From Ranitomeya imitator (Eukaryota): a stretch of 64,000 bases of DNA. A program made the translations under genes and the position numbers. Shown piece by piece: positions 25,754 to 36,291 of the stretch. The notes under the pieces are model-generated. The model was given only the letters and a program-made list of their open reading frames with translations, did no database searches and was not told the DNA's origin. Each line of letters opens with the position of its first letter. The stretch's first letter is position 1. The DNA lies in NCBI RefSeq assembly GCF_032444005.1, contig NC_091287.1, positions 302,560,001 to 302,624,000 of the forward strand. Direction: 5' to 3'.

Positions 25754-28700
25754 ACTTTCAAGGCCCAACACCCTGGCACGACAGGTACTTCGGAGAACGA
25801 CCCATTATCCCTATCGTGCTGGACGGATTTCCCCTCAACGCTTTGCTGGACACAGGTTCCCAGATTTCATCTATACCGTATATCCTTTATAAGAGGTACT
25901 GGGCTGATGCAGATATTGATAAAGGGCCCTCTGATGTTGAACTAGATATATGGGCTAGTAATGGTAAGTTGGTACCGAAACTAGGATTCAGGGAGATGAC
26001 CAGAAAGATTGGTAAAGTAGAATTGAAGAAACAGGGTATAATTGTTGTTGATGTTGACCGGCGGAACTATGAACCAACTGTATTGATAGGAATGAATGTG
26101 TTAGAGAACTGCTTTTCCGAAGTTATTTCTGTCTTACAGCAAATTGCTGAAACTGCCCAATCCTGCCAGCAGAGAGTTCTCCAAAGGGAAATAAATGTAT
26201 TGATGTTAAGGCAACAGGTAGAAGTTGCAGGTGGAGAAATCGGCAGTGTGAGGGTAAGTGATCCAACGTCTATTGTAATCCCACCAAAAACAGAAATGCT
26301 GGTATGGTGTAGAGCAGCCATTGGTACTAAGGGACGAGATTATCAAGCCTTAATAGAACCAGTGTACACCGACAGCAGGCCCACTATACTCACAGCACGA
26401 GGGGTAGTCGAGGTACACCGGGGACGAGTGCCGGTACGACTTTTGAACTGTGGAGAGGAAGAGGTCACTTTGCCAAGGTATGCTACAGTGGCAAAGCTAT
26501 ATACTGTTGACAACAATGCCATCACAACCATTGAGCCCTTAGAACCAACCTGTCAGGTGGAAGGCAACGGCTCAGACGGAGGATTGGAGGATTGGTGCCA
26601 ACAGCTACACGTGGGCATAAGTTCAACACCTACCCATCAAAAACAAGGGGTGTATAGGCTAGTGACGGAATATGAACAAGTCTTCAGTAAACACCCATTG
26701 GACTTCGGACGGATAGAAGGGGTAGAACACACAATCCCCACCGGTGACCATCCCCCAATAAAAGAAAGATATAGACCCATACCGCCCGCTCACTATCAAT
26801 GTGCAAAAGATATGCTGAGGGAGATGAAACAGGCCGGGGTAATAAGAGACAGCTGTAGCCCCTGGGCGGCCCCTCTAGTGATTGTCAAAAAAAAGGACGG
26901 AACCATGAGAATGTGCGTAGACTACCGGCGGATTAATAACATCACCCATAAAGACGCCTACCCCTTGCCTAGGATAGAAGAGTCCTTGACTGCTTTGAAA
27001 TCTGCTAATTATTTTTCCACCTTAGACTTAACAAGTGGGTATTGGCAAGTCCCTGTGGCTGAGAGAGATAAGGAAAAGACGGCATTCACCACACCAATGG
27101 GTCTATGTGAATTTAATCGCATGCCATTCGGACTCTGCAACGCATCCGGTACCTTCCAGCGGCTGATGGAATGCTGCCTCGGACACAAGAACTTCGAGAC
27201 CGTCCTCCTGTACCTAGATGATGTGATCGTCTACTCAAAGACTTACGAACAACACTTAAAAGACCTGGCAGAAGTGTTCGAAGCCTTATCCAGGTATGGC
27301 ATGAAAATCAAGCCATCCAAATGTCACCTTCTCAAGCCAAAGGTACAGTACCTGGGTCACATCGTGAGTTCGGAGGGAGTAGCACCGGATCCCGAGAAAA
27401 TAAGCGCCATAAGGGATTGGCCAAGACCTACCAACGCAAAAGAAGTGAGGCAATTCCTGGGATTGGTGGGTTACTATCGCAGATTTATAAAAGGATTTAC
27501 CAAGTTGGCAGCACCCTTGCAAGACGCCTTGGTAGGGCAGACGAAGAAACCTTCAAACCGAAACCCTCCTTTTCAGTGGAACAATGAAAGGGAAGACTCC
27601 TTTGAACAACTAAAGAAGGCACTAGCCCGAGAAGAGGTTCTGGCATACCCAGATTACCATCAACCTTTCATCCTCTACACCGATGCCAGTAATGTGGGAC
27701 TAGGAGCGGTGCTGTCACAAAAGCAAGAAGGTCGGGAGAAAGTCATCGCCTTTGCAAGTAGAAAGCTCCGGCCTACTGAAAGAAATTCAGAAAATTACAG
27801 CTCCTTCAAATTGGAACTACTGGCAGTAGTTTGGGCTGTGACTGAACGTTTCAAACACTATCTGGCCGCTGCAGAATTTATTGTCTATACTGACAACAAT
27901 CCGTTGACCCACCTGGACACAGCCAAATTAGGTGCGTTAGAACAGCGATGGATAGCCCGGTTATCTAATTACAACTTCATAATCAAGTATCGAGCAGGTC
28001 GCAAGAATGGAAATGCCGATGCCCTATCCCGGATGCCACACTTGAGAGATGTAGAAGAAGAAACGGGGGAGCTTGAAGAAATTGAACTACCAGCCTTCCA
28101 TCATCCCAAGGCAAAACATCATCAGTCAAGTACCTATCAGAAACAACAAGAGGTGAATTTTAATCCGTTAGCACACCATAGATGGGCTGACACCCAAGAC
28201 AGCAATCCGGCTGTGAAGTTGGTGAAGGAACTGCTGACTGAGCAAAGTGCATATCCCGATGAGGATGCCCCAGAAGAGACGCGTCAACTCTGGAAAGAGA
28301 GAGGCAAAATGTTCCTGTATCAAGGGAAGCTCTGTAGAAGGTACACCAATCCGAAAACACATGAATTGGTTTGGCAGATTATAGTGCCTAAACAAGATGT
28401 GAAGATGGTCCTCGAAGCTTACCATAATGGTGCTGGTCACTTCGGTTGGAAAAAGTTAGAAGTACTTGTAAGAGAAAGATTTTATTGGGTCGGGATGAGA
28501 AAATCAATCGAACAGTGGTGCAGAAACTGTGGCCCGTGCAACCTCAGAAGAAACGATCAAAAGAACCAAAGAGCACCACTGCAGCCCATAATCACCAAAC
28601 AACCACTTGAACTTGTAGCCATAGACCACGTGAAGTTGACACCAAGCCGGTCCGGCTATGTCTATGCCTTGACCATCGTGGACCATTATTCACGCTTCTT

Positions 28701-29661
28701 GGTAGTAGTACCCGTAAAAGATCTGACAGCAAAAACAGCAGCCAAAGCGTTCCAAACATACTTTTGTAGACCCCATGGATATCCGGAACAGGTTCTCACC
28801 GACCAAGGTACAGCCTTTGAATCAGAGATCTTCAGAGAATTCTGTAATATGTATGGTGGCAAAAAGATCCGGCCGACGGCCTATCATCCACAAACAAACG
28901 GCTTATGCGAGAAGATGAACCATATTGTAATAGAACTACTAAAGACTTTACCTGAGACAGAAAGGAATCAATGGCCAGATAAATTGCCTGACTTGGTGGA
29001 TCTGTATAATCATGTCCCGGTGAGCTCCACCAATTGCACCCCAGCTTACCTTATGCGTGCAAGACCCGGCCAATTACCAATTGATCTAGAAATGGGAATT
29101 CTGAAACCAGACGCAGAAGTCCAAGACTCCAATTGGGATATCATACGGCAAAAGCAGTATCGCCAAGTGCAAGAGAGTGTGGAAAGAAGCCTTCAGCAAA
29201 CCAGAGAAAGACAAGAGCGAACTTTCAACCAGAATGCTCTAGAGACCCCATTAAGACCGGGTGACCAAGTGCTCAAGAGAAATCGTCGAACCAATAAACT
29301 AGACAATCAGTGGGAAGCCGTACCCTACACAGTTTTACCAACAAGAATGGACAATCCTAAAATGTGTCTCATTAGCAAAAACGGGGGCTTAACATCTGTA
29401 CTAGTGTCAAGAGACAATCTTAAATTATGTCCGGAAGCATTGAAAGAGCCTGAAGTTGTCCAGCCAGAACCAGAAGTTATTCAACCCATTCACAATGGAC
29501 TTGCCAACTCCATAGTCGTGGAATTATCTTTAGCAGAGCGGGCAGATACTACATCCGCAGTAGACAGTAGTACACCACATGAAGAGACACCGCTATTACG
29601 TAGGTCACAGCGTAGTACCCAGGGTCAATTACCGGCCAGGTATGCGGATTACCAACTATAA
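25750..29661 (+). CDS. pol: Gypsy pol polyprotein PR-RT-RNaseH-IN, open (1303 aa)
   Basis: LLDTGS; YLDD; TDAS/ELLAV/TDNNPL; HHCC, AIDH, TDQG, GLCEKMN; overlaps the gag stop (ATGA). Confidence 0.95.
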   Translation: MNFQGPTPWHDRYFGERPIIPIVLDGFPLNALLDTGSQISSIPYILYKRYWADADIDKGPSDVELDIWASNGKLVPKLGFREMTRKIGKVELKKQGIIVVDVDRRNYEPTVLIGMNVLENCFSEVISVLQQIAETAQSCQQRVLQREINVLMLRQQVEVAGGEIGSVRVSDPTSIVIPPKTEMLVWCRAAIGTKGRDYQALIEPVYTDSRPTILTARGVVEVHRGRVPVRLLNCGEEEVTLPRYATVAKLYTVDNNAITTIEPLEPTCQVEGNGSDGGLEDWCQQLHVGISSTPTHQKQGVYRLVTEYEQVFSKHPLDFGRIEGVEHTIPTGDHPPIKERYRPIPPAHYQCAKDMLREMKQAGVIRDSCSPWAAPLVIVKKKDGTMRMCVDYRRINNITHKDAYPLPRIEESLTALKSANYFSTLDLTSGYWQVPVAERDKEKTAFTTPMGLCEFNRMPFGLCNASGTFQRLMECCLGHKNFETVLLYLDDVIVYSKTYEQHLKDLAEVFEALSRYGMKIKPSKCHLLKPKVQYLGHIVSSEGVAPDPEKISAIRDWPRPTNAKEVRQFLGLVGYYRRFIKGFTKLAAPLQDALVGQTKKPSNRNPPFQWNNEREDSFEQLKKALAREEVLAYPDYHQPFILYTDASNVGLGAVLSQKQEGREKVIAFASRKLRPTERNSENYSSFKLELLAVVWAVTERFKHYLAAAEFIVYTDNNPLTHLDTAKLGALEQRWIARLSNYNFIIKYRAGRKNGNADALSRMPHLRDVEEETGELEEIELPAFHHPKAKHHQSSTYQKQQEVNFNPLAHHRWADTQDSNPAVKLVKELLTEQSAYPDEDAPEETRQLWKERGKMFLYQGKLCRRYTNPKTHELVWQIIVPKQDVKMVLEAYHNGAGHFGWKKLEVLVRERFYWVGMRKSIEQWCRNCGPCNLRRNDQKNQRAPLQPIITKQPLELVAIDHVKLTPSRSGYVYALTIVDHYSRFLVVVPVKDLTAKTAAKAFQTYFCRPHGYPEQVLTDQGTAFESEIFREFCNMYGGKKIRPTAYHPQTNGLCEKMNHIVIELLKTLPETERNQWPDKLPDLVDLYNHVPVSSTNCTPAYLMRARPGQLPIDLEMGILKPDAEVQDSNWDIIRQKQYRQVQESVERSLQQTRERQERTFNQNALETPLRPGDQVLKRNRRTNKLDNQWEAVPYTVLPTRMDNPKMCLISKNGGLTSVLVSRDNLKLCPEALKEPEVVQPEPEVIQPIHNGLANSIVVELSLAERADTTSAVDSSTPHEETPLLRRSQRSTQGQLPARYADYQL

Positions 29662-30950
29662 AACTATAGCCATTGTTATCATTCTGCAACGTATAAGCCC
29701 AGTACCTACAGAGACTTGTCTGTATGAACTTCTTGCATATTCTTGAACTTTTTATCAGCCCGGAGGCACTAAATCAAAGCTCCGGAAAGACTGCTTTTTG
29801 AACTTTGCTTTTTGCTCTTTTTGAACTTTCTTTAGACTTTATATTGATAACTCCGTTGGAAAAATGGAACTAAATTCCTGGACACAAAGTGCAGTGCCTT
29901 TCCTAGTACCTTCAAGGATAGAACTGTATTAACGGACGCTATTTGAAGTGACTTTTTACAGAACTCTATTTTTGTTTCCTTGAGTGGTTTTTGTAACTTT
30001 TCATTTTTAAGACTCTGTACATATTGTTATTTCAACATGTTATCGTCCCACAGTCCCGGAGTACTGTTCTTAACTAAGGGGGAATGTGGCACCCCTAGGG
30101 GTATTTGCCACAAAAATAGTTACTGACACTAAATACAAATACTAAAATAGCAAGACTGCACTACCACCTCCGGCCAGAAGGGGGAGCTCCAGAGACTCCC
30201 CTTGATCCATTCTGGTCTGAGAAAAGAACTGGCAGTTGGGCTAAGGAGCTGAAAGTGAGAGGTCATACAGCTGAATTTCTAACAGCCCTATGATGGTTTC
30301 CAGGCCCAAATCACTGAGGAGAAGAGGGATAGAGAAAAAGGGCATGGTGAGAACCGGGTAGCATTAATCACTACCCAGAACAGGCGCAAAGACGGATACC
30401 GGATCCGTGGCTGTATTCATTATATATAACACAGCAACCGGAAAAACGTGAGGTGATATCAGCTTCACTAGGGCCGGACGCAGCAACAGTCACAGAGTTC
30501 AGCGGTACTCCTGGAGGGGGTAAGCCGATAAAAGGACTCGGGTTGCCTGTCGAACCAGGACCCGGAGGGGACAGATTGGGCCGGCAGCCAGTTCACATAC
30601 AGCAGCAGGGCCATACGAGGCGAAGACCCCGGCAGGGTCAAAGTAACTCAGAGTTCCCATACAGACTCCGGTGACAGGACTGGTTGTAAATCCCTTTATG
30701 TTGAAGTAAACTGGTTAAATGTTTCAGTGCCTCAGTCTTTCATTTGGACAATAGCCATCTATCCAGGATCGGGATCATCACCGCTGGGAGAACCTGCTGC
30801 TGATCAAGTAAGTGCCTGTTCCCTCACGATACCCCTTACACTGTGCATTGCCTGAGGCCACAGCACCGGGTCAAGCCACCCGTGACATACCCCTCAATAG
30901 ACAGACCCCATTGGTCCGGTGCTGGGTACCCCGGTCTCCTGGGCGTCACA

Positions 30951-32628
30951 CTTGGCAAAGTGACCTCTTCCTCTCCACAGTTCAAAAGTCGTACCGGCAC
31001 TCGTCCCCGGTGTACCTCGACTACCCCTCGTGCTGTGAGTATAGTGGGCCTGCTGTTGGTGTACATTGGTTCTATTAAGGCTTGATAATCTCGTCCCTTA
31101 GTACCAATGGCTGCTCTACACCATACCAGAATTTCTGTTTTTGGTGGGATTACAATAGATGTTGGATCACTTACCCTCACACTGCCGATTTCTCCACCTG
31201 CAACTTCTACCTGTTGCCTTAACATCAATACTTTTATTTCCCTCCGGAGAACTCTCTGCTGGTAGGATTGGGCAGTTTCAGCAATTTGCTGTAAGACAGA
31301 AATAACTTCGGCAAAGCAGTTCTCTAACACATTCATTCCTATCAATACAGTTGGTTCACAGTTCCGCCGGTCAACATCAACAACAATTATACCCTGTTTC
31401 TTCAATTCTACTTTACCAATCTTTATGGTCATCTCCCTGAATCCTAGTTTCGGTACCAACTTACCATTACTGGCCCATATATCTAGTTCAATATCAGAGG
31501 GCCCTTTATCAATATCTGCATCAGCCCAGTACCTCTTATAAAGGATATACGGTATAGATGAAATCTGGGAACCTGTGTCCAGCAAAGCGTTGAGGGGAAT
31601 TCCGTCCAGCACGATAGGGATAATGGGTCGTCCTCCGATGTACCTGTCGTGCCAGGGTGTTGGGCCTTGAAAGTTCATTCCTGTGAAGCGGCCCGCATTC
31701 CCAGGGGATTCCTGTTTAAATCACAATCTCGTGCAAAGTGGCCTGGCTGCTGGCAACGGCATCAAATGGGCTGTCCATCCGGTTGGTAGCGGTCGCGGGG
31801 TCGTCCTCTCCATGTCGGGTATTTCCGGGGTCTCATCCATGGAACATCCTCTCTATGGTTTGCCAACTCCATCTTGGGTCCTCTCATCTCCTGCACGGTT
31901 TTAGCCATTGAAGCAACAACATCAGTTAAAGAGTCAAGCTTTTGTTGAAGAGCCTCATTAGTACTGGGCCCCAGGGGCTTAGCAATGGCCCCGGACATAG
32001 CTGATGTCACTTGCACTCCCTGTTGTCGAGGTGCCTCTGCCATGGGTTGCACAGGATCCTGATCCCGAGGTGCCTCTGCCAGCTGGAGACGTATAGCGCT
32101 CTCCTTTAATTGGGCAAATGTCAATTCAGGGTTCTTAAAAACAAGCATACTCACATGCCCCCGGTGAGAAGGGGTGTAGAGTCCCTCAATAAATTGATCT
32201 CTTAGCAGTTTATCCGCTCCGGTGTTAAAAATGGGTTCAGCCAGTGTAAGTGATTTAAGGGCTTCCTGCAGGTTTAAGGCAAAGTCTCTCATGCCCTCGT
32301 TAGCTTTTTGTTTGCAATTAAAGAATCGTACTTTAGCTTTGCTGCCGGCAGTGGTTTCAAATGTAGCTTTTAATCCAGCAAATATGCGTTCAACAGTGCC
32401 TTTTAGATCAGCTGCCCATGTTGTGACTTCTCGCTTAGCATGGCCACTTAACTGCATCATCAGGAGACTAACACGCTGAACTTCACCCATGGGGAACATG
32501 TCAAAATGGGCCAGCATCTTTTCTCTGAAATCGTCAAGGGTATTAGGCTCACCTTCATACATTGGAAGCCACGGGCCACCCGGGGTATATGGCATCAGCA
32601 CCGGCATGATGGGCGCCACTCCTTGCAC
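30951..32628 (-). pseudogene. Outer-copy gag (start deleted, stop at the zinc knuckle) and first ~240 aa of pol
   Basis: ORFs 31762..32628 and 30836..31678 are near-identical to inner gag/pol; pol is cut at EEVTLP by the inner LTR. Confidence 0.9.
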
Positions 32629-34262
32629 CGCTGGTTTTCCCCTTGCTCTGACGTCAGAGCGCTCAGCTTGGTGCCGCCCACAATGACACGCCCCCTGCTG
32701 CTCCCGCCCGCCACGCGCTCTGTAATGGCGGATTCTGAAGTTTTTCAGTCAGACTGGGGCTCAGGTAATGGCGTAGCTCAATTAACAGTCTCGTGCCTAA
32801 CGGTTATGAGGTGATGGCGGCCATCTTTACTCCATTATAACCAATGGGGAAAAGTCACTTTCAATAGTTTTTAATGGGAAATGGAATTTTCTTTAATAAA
32901 GTAAATTTTCAAGATTTTTCATCCAAGTTTTCACAGTTTTGGGCTCCAATCACGGCACACAATACCCGGTATATGGGCTGGCTGAATCCTGTTCGTGACA
33001 CCAATTGTGACGCCCAGGAGACCGGGGTACCCAGCACCGGACCAATGGGGTCTGTCTCTTGAGGGAGATGTCACGGGTGGCTTGACCCGGTGCTGTGGCC
33101 TCAGACAATGCACAGTGTAAGGGGTATCATGAGGGAACAGGCACTTACTTTATCAGCAGCAGGTTCTCCCAGCGGTGATGATCCTGATCCTGGATAGATA
33201 GCTATTGTCCAAATGAAAGTCTGAGGCACTGAAACGTTTAACCAGTTTACTTCAACATAAAGGGATTTACAACCAGTCCTGTCACCGGAGTCTGTATGGG
33301 AACTCTGAGTTACTTTGACCCTGCCGGGGTCTTCGCCTCTTATTGTACGCAGTTTCTGTGTGGCCCTGCTGCTGTATGTGAACTGGCTGCCGGCCCAATC
33401 TGTCCCCTCCGGGTCCTGGTTCGACGGGCAACCCGAGTCCTTTTATTGGCTTACCCCCTCCAGCAGTACCGCTGAACTCTGTGTCTGTTGCTGCGTCTGG
33501 CCCTAGTGAAGCTGATATCACCTCACGTTTTTCCGGTTGCTGTATTATATATAATGAATACAGCCACGGATCCAGTATCCATCTTTGCGCCTGTTCTGGG
33601 TAGTGATTAATGCTACCCGGTTCTCACAATGTCCTTTTTCTCTGTCCCTTTTCTCCTCAGGCCGGTGATTTGGGCCTGGAAACTGTCATAGGGCTGTTAG
33701 AAATTCAGCTGTATGACCTCTCACTTTCAGCTCCTTAGCCCAACTGCCAGTTCTTCTCTCAGACCAGAATAGATCAAGGGGAGTCTCTGGAGCTCCCCCT
33801 TCTGGCCGGAGGTGGTAGTGCAGTCTTGCTATTTTAGTATTTGTATTTAGTGTCAGTAACTGTTTTTGTGGCAAATACCCCTAGGGGTCCCACACCAACC
33901 TCATAAAACTATACTCAAGTTGGGACTTGAATCACACCAAACAGATTTACAACTACCGACTGATAAGGGCATGAAGAACCTTAGAGTGTGCATTTGGATT
34001 GCTGGTATCTAAATGGTGCATTTTGGGAACAGCCATCAATCTAGTAATTGAGACAACTGATGAGGTTGTGAAAGCGTGTGTTGTTATGCACATCCTGGCA
34101 AAAGAGAGACCCAACTTAGAACCTGAGGAACCTGTTACATTGCAGGATTACCAAGACCACCCTCTGAGGACTACAGTGGAAGCTGCCCAGATGAGGTATA
34201 ACTTTGCTGCTTACTTTGTTTCTGATAATGTACGTGTGGCATGGCAAAGCGTAATGGTTTAA

Positions 34263-35499
34263 CCCCTTTCTGACCTCGGACGGGATAGTACGTCCGAGGT
34301 CAGAAGCCCCGCTTTGATGCGGGCTCCGGCGGTGAGGCCGCATCAAAGCTGGGACATGTCAGTTGTTTTGAACAGCTGACATGTGCCCATAATAGGCGCG
34401 GGCAGAATCGCGATCTGCCCATGCCTATTAACTAGTTAAATGCCGCTGTCAAACGCAGACAGCGGCATTTAACTACCGCTTAGGGCCCCATCACATGATC
34501 AGAGGTCGGCGATGCTTCTGAATAGTAACCATAGAGGTCCTTGAGACCTCTATGGTTACTGATCGCTGGTAGCTGTGAGCGCCAGCCTGTGGTCGGCGCT
34601 CACAGCACACCTGCATTTCTGATACATAGCAGCGAACATCAGATCACTGCTATGTAGCAGAGGCGATCACGTTGTGCCTGCTTCTAGCCTCCCATGGAGG
34701 CTATTGAAGCATGGCAAAAGTAAAAAAAAAAAAAATGTGAAAAAAATAAAAAAAATATAAAAGTTTAAATCACCCCCCTTTCGCCCCATTCAAAATAAAT
34801 CAATAAAAAAAATTGAACCTACACATATTTGGTATCGCCCCATTCAGAATCGCCCGATCTATCAATAAAAAAAGCATTAACCTGATCGCTAAATGGCATA
34901 GCAAGAAAAAAATTTGAAACACCAGAATTACATTTTTTTGGTCGCCACGACATTGAATTAAAATGCAATAACGGGCAATAAAAAGAACATATCTGCACCA
35001 AAATGGTATCGTTAAAAACATCAGCTCGGCACGCAAAAAATAAGCCCTCACACGACCCCAGATCACAAAAAATGGAGACGCTACGAGTATCGGAAAAAGG
35101 CACAATTTTTTTTTTTTTTAGCAAAGTTTGGAATTTGTTTTCACCACTTAGATAAAAAATAACCTAGTCATATTAAGTGTCTATGAAATCATAATGACCT
35201 GGAGAATCATAATGGCAGGTCAATTTTAGCATTTAGTGAACCTAGCAAAAAAGCCAAGCAAAAAACTAGTGTGGGATTGCACTTTTTTTGCAATTTCACC
35301 GCACTTGGAATTTTGTTTCCCATTTTCTAGTACACGACATGGTAAAACCAATGATATCGTTCAAAAGTACAACTCGTCCCGCAAAAAATAAGCCCTCACA
35401 TGGCCAAATTGACGGAAAAATAAAAAAGTTATGGCTCTGGAAAGGAGGGGAGTGAAAAACGAACACGGAAAAACGGAAAATCCCAAGGTCATAAAGGGG
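34263..35499 (+). mobile_element. Complete piggyBac-like non-autonomous element (1237 bp)
   Basis: TTAA TSD (34259-34262, 35500-35503); TIR CCCCTTT(C/A)TGACCT. Confidence 0.9.
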
Positions 35500-35643
35500 T
35501 TAAGCCGCTAAGTAAAATGTTTCTGTAATGTTAAAATGTACCTGTAATGTTAAAATGTACCTACAATGCTTGCTGACTTAAATAATAAAAGACCTCCAGT
35601 AAAACACCCGTTACAAGTTCCCTCAACACTACAATATTATTAT

Positions 35644-36291
35644 TATATACTACATAAGAAAAATGGAGAAAGGTCCAAAGATAACAAAATAACAACTTTA
35701 TTAAATATTAACAACAATAGTGTACAAAATACAAAATTTACACGACTAGGATCGGGAAAAGGAGGGCAAGGGTCCCGACCAATAAGATGTAATAAACGGC
35801 CGCACCTTGACAAAGAAGGCGAAACGCGCGTCGGTGGCGGCGGGGAGCATCGGTCCCGACCTGGCATTAGCATGGGTAAGCAGATTGGGTAGTGTATGAA
35901 CCAGGCTGTAGGTTGTAGGTAGTGCGCACTACATTATACAAAGGATTTAATTAGTCATTGGACTTTATACTGATTTACTACCCTGGGTTCCTCTATCTAT
36001 TGATGGCACTTAGCCTGCTTTCTTTTTCCCATGTTGGCCGTTTATTACATCTTATTGGTCGGGACCCTTGCCCTCCTTTTCCCGATCCTAGTCGTGTAAA
36101 TTTTGTATTTTGTACACTATTGTTGTTAATATTTAATAAAGTTGTTATTTTGTTATCTTTGGACCTTTCTCCATTTTTCTTATGTAGTATATATTTGGAT
36201 AAGGAGAGTCCTGCTGGTGCACGGACATGAGTACGGCAATTTGTCCTGATAGCACCGTTTCACTGATGGTACCTTATATGGTTTATGTTTA
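35644..36291 (+). mobile_element. Penelope-derived foldback insertion
   Basis: Identical 158-bp inverted arms (35644-35801 / 36036-36193); hammerhead motif at 35803-35836; possible TSD AATATTATTAT. Confidence 0.7.
35803..35836 (+). ncRNA. Minimal hammerhead motif, U3-A8 variant
   Basis: cacc-TTGACAA-a-g(aagg)c-GAAA-cgcgcg-TC-ggtg; stem I pairs, stem III is palindromic, stem II is only 1 bp. Confidence 0.55.

Larger units (their letters stand above)
23353..30950 (+). mobile_element. Inner Gypsy copy of the same family (LTRs 23353-24241 and 30085-30950)
   Basis: TG...CA LTRs, PBS 24244-24261, PPT 30072-30084, gag, 1303-aa pol; LTR pair differs by ~3 substitutions and 2 small deletions. Confidence 0.93.
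22470..33894 (-). mobile_element. Outer Gypsy LTR retrotransposon (5' LTR 33006-33894, 3' LTR 22470-23352), internally deleted
   Basis: TG...CA ends, 4-bp TSD CCAA (22466-22469 / 33895-33898), PBS near 32986-33003, partial gag and pol; the two LTRs share diagnostic variants. Confidence 0.9.
18971..34260 (+). mobile_element. Harbinger/PIF transposon relic (5' TIR plus HARBI-type transposase in pieces 20908-21762, 22348-22469, 33895-34260)
   Basis: TAA|GGCTAGGTTCACA start; motifs GGKHI, NYKKYFSIVLM, VGDEAF, ECAFGLLVSKW; reading frame C-A-N-L restored when the Gypsy insert is removed; 84-bp GT-AG intron 21278-21361; 3' TIR not found. Confidence 0.85.

Noticed and set aside
22466-30960. Possible TGCCAA target preference (seen at the outer insertion site and the inner right junction)
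   Set aside because: The cut positions are offset by one base between the two sites, and n=2.
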